A stretch of 64,000 nt of DNA. Origin: Alphaproteobacteria bacterium. GTDB lineage: Bacteria > Pseudomonadota > Alphaproteobacteria > UBA7887. Under the pieces are notes generated by a model. It was not told the DNA's origin and did not search any database. It saw nothing but the letters and a program-made list of their open reading frames with translations. The stretch covers positions 3,616,001 to 3,680,000 of the forward strand of contig CBDCGL010000011.1 in NCBI GenBank assembly GCA_965216755.1, written 5' to 3'. Of the stretch, positions 40,256 to 49,276 are shown one piece after another. Both the position numbers and the translations under genes were made by a program. Position 1 is the stretch's first letter. The number at the start of each line of letters is the position of its first letter.

Positions 40256-41230
40256 ATGAAAGCGATCCTGGCGCATGAATTCGGCGGACCCGAGGTTCTG
40301 AAGTACGAACAGACGGCGGACCCGGTCGCCGGCCCTGGCGACGTCGTGATCGACGTGAAAGCCGCCGGAATTAATCCGGCAGACACCTACATGCGCGGTG
40401 GCGCCTATGCGATTGTGCCGCCCTTGCCGTACACGCCGGGCGGCGATGCGGCGGGTGTGATCGCCGCCGTCGGTGCGGGGGTCAGTGATTTCGCAGTTGG
40501 CGACCATGTCTTCGTTGGCACGGCGATGGGCTTTAACATGACCGGCTGCTACGCGGAAAAAGTCGTGCGGCCGGCAACCGATGTGCTGCCGTTGCCCAAA
40601 GGCGTCAGCTTCGCCCAGGCCGCCGCCCTCGGCGTGCCGTATGCCACCGCGCACTACGCCCTGTTCGCGCGCGGCGGCGCCGAAACGGGCGAAACCGTAT
40701 TCGTCCATGGTGCGTCGGGCGCCGTTGGCACGGCCGCGATCCAGCTTGCCAAACGCGCCGGTCTGACCGCAATGGGTTCCGCCGGTACAGAACGCGGATT
40801 GACTTTGGTGCGCGAACAGGGCGCGGCGCACGCCGTCGATCACAGCAAAGAGGGATATATCGAACAGCTCCGCGGGCTAACCGGCGGTACCGGGCCGGCG
40901 CTCATTCTGGAAATGTTGGCCAACGTCAATCTCGCCGCCGATCTTGATCTGGTGGCGAAATATGGTCGCATCGTCGTGATTGGCAATCGCGGCGAAATCA
41001 CCATCAACGCGCGCGTGGCCATGATGAAGGAATTGGACGTGCGCGGCATCGCCCTGTTCAATGGCGCGGCGGCCCAGATGCGCGAGATCATGACAGATCT
41101 GGTCGCGGGGCTTGAAGATGGGACGCTCAACCCGATTGTCGGTCGCGAGATGCCGCTGGCTGAAGCGGCGGCGGGCCATGTCGCCGTGTTGGAGCCTGGC
41201 GCTTTCGGCAAGATCGTGCTTGTGCTTTGA
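40256..41230 (+). CDS. NADPH:quinone oxidoreductase (zeta-crystallin/MDR family)
   Basis: FGGPEVL, GINPAD, HGASGAVG, GKIVL. Confidence 0.92.
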   Translation: MKAILAHEFGGPEVLKYEQTADPVAGPGDVVIDVKAAGINPADTYMRGGAYAIVPPLPYTPGGDAAGVIAAVGAGVSDFAVGDHVFVGTAMGFNMTGCYAEKVVRPATDVLPLPKGVSFAQAAALGVPYATAHYALFARGGAETGETVFVHGASGAVGTAAIQLAKRAGLTAMGSAGTERGLTLVREQGAAHAVDHSKEGYIEQLRGLTGGTGPALILEMLANVNLAADLDLVAKYGRIVVIGNRGEITINARVAMMKELDVRGIALFNGAAAQMREIMTDLVAGLEDGTLNPIVGREMPLAEAAAGHVAVLEPGAFGKIVLVL

Positions 41231-41240
41231 AATTGTTGGC

Positions 41241-41708
41241 ATGCGTCGCGGCGCTGGCACCCCGGCGTTGTTCATGGCGATGGTGCTTGCGCTGGTTTCG
41301 GCCCATCGGGGCGCGATCGCCAATGACGCCGATGGCGTGTTCCGATTGGCGAATGTGGCCTGGCCTAACTATTGTCTTGGCACCGACGGGCGCAACATAC
41401 GCTTGACCCGGTGCGACCTGGCACCGCAATGGACCGTGAGCCGCGATGGTCAATGGTCAATCTCGGCTGCCGGCCGGCCGACCTGTCTCACCGCGCAGAT
41501 CACGGCCGGCGTTCCGGACCTCCACTCGCACCTGCGCATTTTGGCGTGCAGCGGCGCGGTGATGCAGCGATTCTCGGTGGGCGATGGTCGCTTACGTGGT
41601 GCCGATGGCCGGCGCGCAACAGCCGCCGGACCTGACTTGCCGGTACGCTACGGCGGGAAAGCTTCGTTGGTGGGCACGGATATGTGGCGCCGTTTGCACG
41701 GGCCCTAA
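41241..41708 (+). CDS. Secreted protein with a ricin-B-like beta-trefoil pattern
   Basis: Hydrophobic N-terminus, then repeated CL...C...QW/QxF units (YCLG..TRCD..PQW; TCLT..LACS..MQRF). Confidence 0.55.
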   Translation: MRRGAGTPALFMAMVLALVSAHRGAIANDADGVFRLANVAWPNYCLGTDGRNIRLTRCDLAPQWTVSRDGQWSISAAGRPTCLTAQITAGVPDLHSHLRILACSGAVMQRFSVGDGRLRGADGRRATAAGPDLPVRYGGKASLVGTDMWRRLHGP

Positions 41709-42008
41709 GGCGGGGCCGATGTGACCATTGTCGGCGCTGGCTTGGTATCGTTGCGGGACCCCGTGTTGGGCCCGCGGCGGCGGGCGCGATCGGCGGCGCA
41801 ATCAGCACCGTCGCCGACGCGATCAATCTTCGTTGATACGATTGCCTTTGAAGGAAGCCAATTTCATCGATATCAAATAGATAGAGCAAGTCATGCGGAA
41901 GTATCTGAGCGTGACATGCTCTAGACTTTGGTGCGGAAGTTCGATCAGACCGCGGACAACGGACGTTCAACTGTTAATCTGGCGTGGCGACGTACAAGTG
42001 GGTCCGAA

Positions 42009-43214
42009 ATGGCGTTGCATACCGTCTTCATAACCTTGGGTGGGCTGTTTATCGTCGGGCTGGCGACGGACGAGATCGGCCGGCGCACGCGATTGCCGCG
42101 GGTCACCTTGCTGATCTTGTTGGGCGTTCTGGCTGGCCCGGTGGGCTTTGATGTGCTGCCGTCAGAGGTCGCGGATTGGTTCGAGTTCTTGGCGACAACG
42201 GCGCTGACGATGGTGGCTTTTTTGCTCGGCGGCAAATTGTCGCGCGACCAGCTGCGCGATCATGGTCGCGAGATCTTGGTGATTTCGCTTGCGGTGGTGG
42301 TCGCAACGGTGATCCTTGTCGGCGGCGGGTTGATGGCGATCGGCGTCGCCCCGGAACTGGCGATTTTGTTGTCCGCCATCGCCACCGCCACCGCACCGGC
42401 GGCAACCCAAGATGTCATCCGGCAAAGCGGCGCCAAGGGACCGTTCACAGACACTTTGCAGGGCATCGTCGCGATCGATGACGCGTGGGGCCTGATCGTG
42501 TTTTCGATGATCTTGATTGGCGTCAATGCGATGCTTGGCAACGGCACGGTGGCGGTGCTGCAACAAGGATTGTGGGAGCTGGGCGGCGCCATCGCTGTCG
42601 GTGTCGGCATTGGTGTGCCGGCGGCCTATCTCACCGGCCGCCTACGCCCGGGCGAGCCGCTCCAGGCCGAAGCTCTCGCCGTTGTCTTTTTGTGCGCCGG
42701 CGTGTCGGTGTGGCTCGACTTGTCCTTTTTGCTTGTGGGTATTGTCGCGGGCATGATCGTGGTTAACTTTGCCGAGCATCACACGCGCGCTTTTCACGAG
42801 ATCGAGAATGTCGAATGGCCATTTATGATCTTGTTTTTCTTTCTTGCCGGCGTGTCGCTCCATGTTGAGGGGGGGCGCGGCTTTGGCCTGATCATTTTCG
42901 GCTGCTTGCTGCTGCGCACGGTCGCGCGGATCGTTGGCGCTTGGTTTGGTGCGCGGGCGGTTGCCGCGCCGCCGATCTATCGGCGATGGATGGGGGGCGC
43001 CTTGTTGCCGCAAGCCGGCGTGGCCATGGGCATGGCCTTGGTCGCCGGCAACAATGTTCCGGAATATCGCGAGGTCGTGCTGGCCGTAACCATCGCGACG
43101 ACCGTTGTCTTCGAGCTGTTCGGGCCTTATGCGACCTTGGTCGCGCTGAGCCGGGCGGGTGAGACCGAAGCAGCGAATACGGAGCCTGGCGCATTGTCGA
43201 ACACAGAACATTGA
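42009..43214 (+). CDS. Cation:proton antiporter
   Basis: Highly hydrophobic; ATAPAAT, AIDDAWG, LLPQAGVAMG. Confidence 0.88.
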   Translation: MALHTVFITLGGLFIVGLATDEIGRRTRLPRVTLLILLGVLAGPVGFDVLPSEVADWFEFLATTALTMVAFLLGGKLSRDQLRDHGREILVISLAVVVATVILVGGGLMAIGVAPELAILLSAIATATAPAATQDVIRQSGAKGPFTDTLQGIVAIDDAWGLIVFSMILIGVNAMLGNGTVAVLQQGLWELGGAIAVGVGIGVPAAYLTGRLRPGEPLQAEALAVVFLCAGVSVWLDLSFLLVGIVAGMIVVNFAEHHTRAFHEIENVEWPFMILFFFLAGVSLHVEGGRGFGLIIFGCLLLRTVARIVGAWFGARAVAAPPIYRRWMGGALLPQAGVAMGMALVAGNNVPEYREVVLAVTIATTVVFELFGPYATLVALSRAGETEAANTEPGALSNTEH

Positions 43215-43393
43215 TCGAAACGGTGCACCCGAGACACGTCCATGAGATGGCGGCACTGTCTGACGCCCGTGCCACAGGTCTTGATCAAGGGCTGCTAAAG
43301 TTCAGTTCGCCAACTGTCCGTTCGAAATGAGGCGCGTTCATCAGGGAGGAATTGGCCGACATGGCGGCCGTTGATGTGGTGTCAACCGCGCCA

Positions 43394-43888
43394 TCACTCT
43401 TGCGGGCTCGTCGGTGTGGCCGCCCATTCGCTCGCTAATCGTTGTGATTTGGCGATCTGTTCCGAGGTCATCAGCTGCGCGACGAAATCGCGGTCTTTGG
43501 CGGCGCCGGTGTCACCCTGTGCGGCGGCGATGTCCAGCCACATATGGGCTTGGACGAGATCTTGCGCGATTCCGCGACCGTTGGCGTACATTAGCGCCAG
43601 ATTGTATTGTGCGTTGGTGTAGCCCTGGTCGGCCGCCAGGCGATACCATTTGATCCCGGCGGCATGATCGCGCGGCACGCCGATCTCGTTGTCATACATG
43701 AATGCCAAGTTGTATTGGGCCGGCGCACTGCCTTGTTCCGCCAATTGACGCCACAGTTCAAACGCGGTGTCGTAGTCGCCCTGATCGAAGGCGGCGACCG
43801 CATCGTCGAATGGCTCGGCGGCGGCCGGCACGGCGAGCGCCCAAAGTGCGGTCATGGCGACCAGAATCGCTTGAATCATTTTTTGCAC
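43394..43888 (-). CDS. Sel1-repeat secreted protein
   Basis: Signal peptide; two AQYNLA.MY..G/E repeats with AEQG/ADQG/AAQG. Confidence 0.9.
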   Translation of the reverse strand: MQKMIQAILVAMTALWALAVPAAAEPFDDAVAAFDQGDYDTAFELWRQLAEQGSAPAQYNLAFMYDNEIGVPRDHAAGIKWYRLAADQGYTNAQYNLALMYANGRGIAQDLVQAHMWLDIAAAQGDTGAAKDRDFVAQLMTSEQIAKSQRLASEWAATPTSPQE

Positions 43889-44059
43889 GGTCTCCTCCTC
43901 GCTATTGTTGGTGCTCGGGAAATTTCGATCGACAAATCGCGATCACGCATGGGCGCCCGAACGCATGGCGTCTGCCAACATCGAACGATGCAAACGTGCC
44001 ACTATGCTCACAGCACAATCGGCCGCTGTCAAAACATCGATTCCCACAGCGCTCGAAAA

Positions 44060-45016
44060 TCAATTGCCCGATACTGAGTCCACTGCGCCAAAGAGCACAT
44101 GGAGCCGTTCCAGGCACGGCGCGGCCAGTGGCTCGTCCAGCAATGACGAGACATTCGCCGCCAGGTGGTCAACGCGTCCGGTCCCGGTCAGGACCACATC
44201 AACGCCGGCCTGATGTCGGCAAAATCGATAGGCGCCATCGACGATTGATCGTGCGCCCCCCAATTCGACAAGGAAGCCCAACGGGTTGTCGCGCCGCACG
44301 GCGTCGCGTTCGATGACAGCGCCACGCAACAGGTCGTCGATCACGACCATCAAGGCCTCAGGGTCGCTCAGGGCGCGGCGCACCGCGAACATGACCAATG
44401 TGCCGATGTGCCGGGCCCGCGCCGGCGCCAGGACGCGCGCAGCGGCCGACGGATTGATCACATTGAAACCGGTCATCACCACGTCCCAATGCGTATCGTC
44501 AAGCGCACGCACCAGCATGCGGTGTTGGGGGTCGTGGATGAAACGCTCCGTCAGGCCCAGAAACCGAACCTTGCCTTGGCCCCGGAATCGATCAAGCACG
44601 GGCAGCAACATCTCGATGCAATAGTCATATTGATCCGGCATGACGCCGTGCAGATGCAGGATATCGATGTGACTTGTGCGAAGCCGGCCCAGGCTGGCCT
44701 CTATGTCGCGGCCGAATGCGGCCGGGTCGACCATTGTACTTCCCGTTGGCGACGCGCCACGCGCGACGACCCGCACTTTGGTCGAAAGCACCACCGAGTC
44801 GCGGCGTGCGCGGACAGCCTCGCCGACAATCTCTTCGGTGCCGTAGGCGGCGGCCGTGTCGATGACGTTGATGCCGAGATCAAGGGCCTCTTCGAGCACG
44901 CGCAACGAATCACTGCGGCTCAAACCATAGCTTTGGCCCAGGCGGCTGTGGCCGCCGCAGCCGAGACCGGCGACACTGACCCGCAATCCCGTGCGACCGA
45001 GCGTGACGTATTCCAT
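44060..45016 (-). CDS. Aldo/keto reductase
   Basis: LGRTGLRVS, IDTAAAYGTE, LSTK, DILHLH. Confidence 0.9.
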   Translation of the reverse strand: MEYVTLGRTGLRVSVAGLGCGGHSRLGQSYGLSRSDSLRVLEEALDLGINVIDTAAAYGTEEIVGEAVRARRDSVVLSTKVRVVARGASPTGSTMVDPAAFGRDIEASLGRLRTSHIDILHLHGVMPDQYDYCIEMLLPVLDRFRGQGKVRFLGLTERFIHDPQHRMLVRALDDTHWDVVMTGFNVINPSAAARVLAPARARHIGTLVMFAVRRALSDPEALMVVIDDLLRGAVIERDAVRRDNPLGFLVELGGARSIVDGAYRFCRHQAGVDVVLTGTGRVDHLAANVSSLLDEPLAAPCLERLHVLFGAVDSVSGN

Positions 45017-45252
45017 GGCGGCTCCGACGGTTTCACACAACCTCGGCCAGCGTAAAGCTTATCGCTGGCACGCGCGATCCCCAGCCATGGTCAGGTTGGT
45101 TTGTAAACACGAACCATCGGCGCCAGCATGCCTCGCTGGCGATTGTGTCGATCAATGGTCGACCCGAAGCCCGGCGGGATTCGGACTTGCCGGCAAAGCC
45201 GCGCCAGGCGATGGTGCCAAACATCAATTCCCAATCGAAGGAGCGATTTGTG

Positions 45253-45888
45253 ATGGCGTTGGATGTCATCGATGTTGGGCTCGGCCGCACCGGGACCATG
45301 TCTCTCAAACTGGCGCTGGAACAGCTCGGGTTTGGTCCTTGCCACCACATGGAGGAAGTGCTCAAGGCGCCAGACCAGGCGCAGCAATGGCTGGCCGCTG
45401 CCGATGACAACCCGGTCGATTGGGATGCGGTATTCAACGGATATCGCGCGGCCGTCGACTGGCCGACTGCGCGCTTCTGGCGCGCGATCATAGATCAATA
45501 CCCCGACGCCAAAATCATTCTGACGACGCGCGACCCGAACAGCTGGTTCAAGAGTATCTCGGGAACCATTCATTTGGTTCTTGAGGGGCGTGAGAAAATC
45601 GGCAACCCGGTCATGCGCCAGGTCATGGATATGGCGCATCGCATCATTTCCGATCAGACATTTGCCGGTCGTCTCGGCGAGGCCGCGCACGCAACAGAGG
45701 TCTTTCGACGACATAATGCGGCGGTGATCGAAGCGGTGCCGCCGGATCGTCTGCTCGTGTTTGAGGTTGCGCAAGGTTGGGGGCCGCTCTGCGACTATCT
45801 CGGATGCCCGGCGCCGGATACGCCGTTTCCGCGGGTCAACAGCACGAAAGAATTTTGGGAACTGGTCGAACAGGCAAGCGGTGGTTGA
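45253..45888 (+). CDS. Sulfotransferase family protein
   Basis: GLGRTGTMSLKLALEQLG, CHHM, AVDWP, GWGPLC, PFPRVN. Confidence 0.85.
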   Translation: MALDVIDVGLGRTGTMSLKLALEQLGFGPCHHMEEVLKAPDQAQQWLAAADDNPVDWDAVFNGYRAAVDWPTARFWRAIIDQYPDAKIILTTRDPNSWFKSISGTIHLVLEGREKIGNPVMRQVMDMAHRIISDQTFAGRLGEAAHATEVFRRHNAAVIEAVPPDRLLVFEVAQGWGPLCDYLGCPAPDTPFPRVNSTKEFWELVEQASGG

Positions 45889-45899
45889 GTGCGAGCGCG

Positions 45900-46451
45900 T
45901 TAGAGATTGAGTCCGGGGATTGGCCCAATCGGCGCCGGTGAGGCCCGGCGCTGTTCCGTGTGTCGCTGCCAGAACCCGACATCGTGCCAGCGACCAAACT
46001 TGTAGCCAATTTCGGTCAGCGTGCCGATATGGCGAAACCCGAATGTCTCGTGCAGGCCAACACTGGCATCGTTGGGTAAGCCGATAACGGCCACCTGGGT
46101 GTGAAACCCCTGTTGATCGGCGAGCGCCATGAGCTGTTCATAAAGGGCGCGGCCAATGCCCCGGCGTGCTGCGTCGGCGGCGACATAAACTGTTGATTCG
46201 ACGCACCAATCATATGCGGCCCGAGTATGCCAGGGCGAGACATAGGCAAGCCCCACCACACGCCGGTCTCGGCTTGCCACCAGCCACGGGTAGTGCGTGT
46301 GCGACTTTTGCCAATCTGCCGTCCAATCGCTGGGGTCTTGCGGCGCAGTGCGGAAATTGATCACCGTGGTGCGAATGTAGTGATTCACAATCTCGCACAC
46401 GGCCGTCATATCGGCGGCCTCGGCAAAACGTACGCTTACGGCTGACGACAT
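45900..46451 (-). CDS. GNAT N-acetyltransferase, phosphinothricin acetyltransferase (Bar/PAT)-like
   Basis: IVNHYI, NFRT.PQ, YPWLVA, AYDW..ESTVYV, VAVIGLPND.SV..HE, WHDVGFWQ. Confidence 0.85.
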   Translation of the reverse strand: MSSAVSVRFAEAADMTAVCEIVNHYIRTTVINFRTAPQDPSDWTADWQKSHTHYPWLVASRDRRVVGLAYVSPWHTRAAYDWCVESTVYVAADAARRGIGRALYEQLMALADQQGFHTQVAVIGLPNDASVGLHETFGFRHIGTLTEIGYKFGRWHDVGFWQRHTEQRRASPAPIGPIPGLNL

Positions 46452-46660
46452 AACTTCTCTGCCAAAAGGCGATTACAGCTGAAAAGGATAGCGCGATGCC
46501 GGACAAGGCTCCAACCAACGCGTCTGTCGCCGATGATCCATGCCGGCACTCTGTTGCGTGGCCGTTTAACACGGCACGACGGTACGGTCTACTTTGGGTC
46601 AGCTCAACATAAATGCGGCGATGTTCGTATGCGCGCGTGTCGTCTGCGGTGGTTGCTTGA

Positions 46661-46992
46661 TTATCGAAGCTGAAGACCGGCCATATATGTCGCGACGGCG
46701 CCGATCTCGTGCGCGGTCAATTGGCGATCGGGCATATGCCTGTGTGACATGCGTAGTGTTTGCGCGAGGCGATGGTAGTCGGCATCGGGGCGGCCGGCCA
46801 AGTTGGCAAATGACGGATACCAGAGTGTGTCGGTCTGCGATTGCCCCCGGCAACTCCGTGGCACCCGGAACATTTCTCAACCGCTACGGCTTTGCCGCGA
46901 TCGGCACCCACGGCCGTCACTGTGGTCGACTGCAGCATGCCGCCACACAAAACCGCAGCCAAGGTCACACGAACGATCGCCGTCGACGCCAT
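46661..46992 (-). pseudogene. Frameshifted class I cytochrome c
   Basis: Signal peptide and CSGCH in one frame; the matching C-terminal half (PSFANLA...HRHMP...VATYM) is in another. The shift falls near a G5 run at about 46844-46848. Confidence 0.7.
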
Positions 46993-47048
46993 TGCCGCTC
47001 CGACGGGGTGTTCGAAATTCCCGTCGCACAGCGCAATAGACGGGTCTT

Positions 47049-47360
47049 TCACTCCGATGCCTTAGCAACCAATTCGGCGAACGAGTGCATATAGCTGCTG
47101 TCGCCATACGGGCGATGGCACGCCAGGCACGCAGTGGCATCGTTGTTCTTGATCTCGCCAGCCGCGCTGAACAGGCCGTAATCCCAGTCGCCGTTGCGCA
47201 GTTCGTCGCTATAGGCGGCGCCCCAGCCGGCGCGCTTTTCCATCACCGCGATCGCTGCCAGATCGCCCGGGGCCATCCGGTTGGCATAATCGCGCAGAAT
47301 GTTTCCGGACTCGTCCATCTTGGGTTTGTAGACTTCCATCACGACCTGGGCGCCAACGGT
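47049..47360 (-). pseudogene. Cytochrome P460-family fragment lacking its N-terminus
   Basis: GAQVVMEVYK, AVMEKRAGWG, RNGDWDY and C-terminal CLACH. Upstream there is an in-frame TGA near 47457 and no signal peptide. The left boundary is approximate. Confidence 0.65.
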
Positions 47361-47639
47361 CCTGGGAGCGTCGCTGGCGGATTCAATCAGTCCCCATTCG
47401 TTTCTTGTCGATCCGGAGCTCGATCTCGTTGGGATCGCCGATGGTCCGATGCCATCTCAGATCTTCGCCGCGCGGTCTGGCACCACGCAAGTTGCCGAAA
47501 TTAGCGATGGCTTGTCCGAGCGGTTTATGGCCGGGGGCCCAACACATGCGCATGTCGCCCCGCCATCAATCCGCAGCGGTCATAGTGCCGCAAGCGTTGT
47601 CGATGTCAGTGTATTGGAGACGTTTACCGTTTCCACCGA

Positions 47640-47955
47640 GCAAAAGGTTGTCTCGGTCTTGCCGGTGATGGCAAACGGCACTTATCGTTTCGATCGAGGC
47701 GGCCCGTTCACGCCATATGTCGGCGGAGGTATCGGTTTCGCCTTTGTCGAGGCGGACCTCTATCGCCCTGGCGCGCCGTCAGGTGACACGGCATTGGCCT
47801 ATCAAGGCGTTGCCGGTGCCGACTACGAGATCTCCGACAAGATATCGGTGGGCCTGCGCTACAATTATTTGGCGACTATGGGCCGCTTCCACGGCGGTAC
47901 AGAACCCGCCGTAACAGCACATAGCGTCAGCGCCATCGCGCGTTTCGTGCCGTAG
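47640..47955 (+). pseudogene. Outer-membrane beta-barrel (OmpA/opacity-like) C-terminal fragment
   Basis: MANGTYRF, TPYVGGGIG, LAYQGVAG.DY, VGLRYNY. No signal peptide or N-terminal strands in the ORF. The start boundary is approximate. Confidence 0.6.
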
Positions 47956-48050
47956 TGTTTTGGGCTCTTTTTTGACAATATCGAGCCTGAGCTCGCAAGG
48001 CACGAGGGACTTCACCCTGGGTGCCCCGCGAGCTGTGTCCCACCTCCGAA

Positions 48051-48494
48051 CTATTGTTCTTGTGGGATGAAATCGGCCCTTTTGTGCTGGTGTAAGAAAA
48101 TGATGCAGTCCTCTGGCCCGATACAGGCGTCGCCATGCATGGCTTCGCCGGGTTGGAAGACATACGATCCGGGCGCCAGTTCCCGTTCTTCGCCGGTGTC
48201 GAACGAATGACGCCAGTTGCCGGTCAGATTGATCCCGTGATAGTCGCCGGTATGGGCGTGAACAGGCGCGACGAATCCCGCCGGCAGTTTGACCAACCGG
48301 CCATGGTCGCCGTCCGCTTCCGCTGGATCGCCCCAAAGCACGGCGATGCTGACGGGTGATCCGGGCCGCGCCGGCGCCCACTCAACGTCGGTGGCCAATG
48401 TCATCGTGCCGTGATTGGCATGACCGGCCGCGTAACCCAATCCCGCCGCGGCGATCAGCGACATGCCGACCGCCAGAGCTAGTTTCTTGGTCAT
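48051..48494 (-). CDS. Secreted cupin-domain protein (DUF4437-like)
   Basis: Signal peptide; LWGDP, PVHAHT, PGSYVFQPG...H. Confidence 0.8.
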   Translation of the reverse strand: MTKKLALAVGMSLIAAAGLGYAAGHANHGTMTLATDVEWAPARPGSPVSIAVLWGDPAEADGDHGRLVKLPAGFVAPVHAHTGDYHGINLTGNWRHSFDTGEERELAPGSYVFQPGEAMHGDACIGPEDCIIFLHQHKRADFIPQEQ

Positions 48495-48694
48495 CGTTCT
48501 CTCCCGTTTCGGTTTTTTTTCCTCGCAGATTCCGGCCGTCACGACGGAGTTGGTCGCTACCGCGCATGACTGTTTGCCTTTCGCGCGGCTGTCGGTCGAC
48601 CTATCGAAAGCCTATTCGCATGGCGGCCACGCGCGCAAGCGTGCGGCTAGAGCCTTTCACGCTCACCTGCGTTCACGTGTGAGGCTTTATCTCT

Positions 48695-48708
48695 TTGATA
48701 TCGGTCAA
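48695..48708. promoter_or_regulatory. FNR/FixK-like box
   Basis: TTGAT-ATCG-GTCAA, one mismatch from TTGAT-N4-ATCAA, about 200 nt upstream of the cupin gene. Confidence 0.35.
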
Positions 48709-48761
48709 CTTATCTTCGATCAAACGATTCCGTTTGATCGCAGGTTGATCTGGCGGGGTGC

Positions 48762-49103
48762 TTATGGCGTGTCTGTCAGGCTCAAGAAATACGCCAGGAC
48801 GTCTTCGCGCGTCTGGCCGTCAAGACGGGGGATCGGCATCAGCAAATGGGTCTTGGTCAAGGTTTCGCGAAATGCCGCGTCGTCGGCGGCCTGGTCACGG
48901 GCGATGGATCGGAAATCCGGCGGCGCGATGGTCAGATCCGGCGCCGGCGGCACACCGGTTTCGGTCTCGTGACAAGGGGCGCACCATTCGGCGACAAAAG
49001 CTCGTCCCCGCTCACTCTCCAGCGATGGAGACGCGTGGACAAGTGCCGCGGCCGTGCCGGCAACCGAGGCGGTGATGACAACAGTGCGGGCAAACGACAT
49101 CAT
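48762..49103 (-). CDS. Class I cytochrome c
   Basis: Signal peptide, CAPCH haem motif, distal Met in HLLMP. Confidence 0.85.
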   Translation of the reverse strand: MMSFARTVVITASVAGTAAALVHASPSLESERGRAFVAEWCAPCHETETGVPPAPDLTIAPPDFRSIARDQAADDAAFRETLTKTHLLMPIPRLDGQTREDVLAYFLSLTDTP

Positions 49104-49163
49104 TCATAGGCCTTGCTTCTGGTCTTGGGGTTGTCACGGTGGTGACACGACTCGTTTAACTCA

Positions 49164-49195
49164 TTTACGTGCGTCAAAGTGCTGATCTTGATCAG
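49164..49195. promoter_or_regulatory. Two adjacent FNR/FixK-like boxes
   Basis: TTTAC-GTGC-GTCAA (49164-49177) and CTGAT-CTTG-ATCAG (49182-49195) in the divergent intergenic region. Confidence 0.4.
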
Positions 49196-49276
49196 GGAAC
49201 GGCCCCCCATGGCACATGAAAATGAACCTGCCGCCCCGGTGGTCGGCCGCGGCTGTCTGTTGTGGTGTGAACGCGC

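Noticed and set aside
41709-42008. AT-richer patch upstream of the antiporter as an ncRNA or operator
   Set aside because: No clear structure or recognisable motif beyond a likely promoter region.
38022-46451. A phosphinothricin antibiotic cluster with PAT as self-resistance
   Set aside because: No carboxy-PEP mutase, P-methyltransferase or NRPS. The pepM neighbours are lipid-type genes, and unrelated genes separate the two loci.
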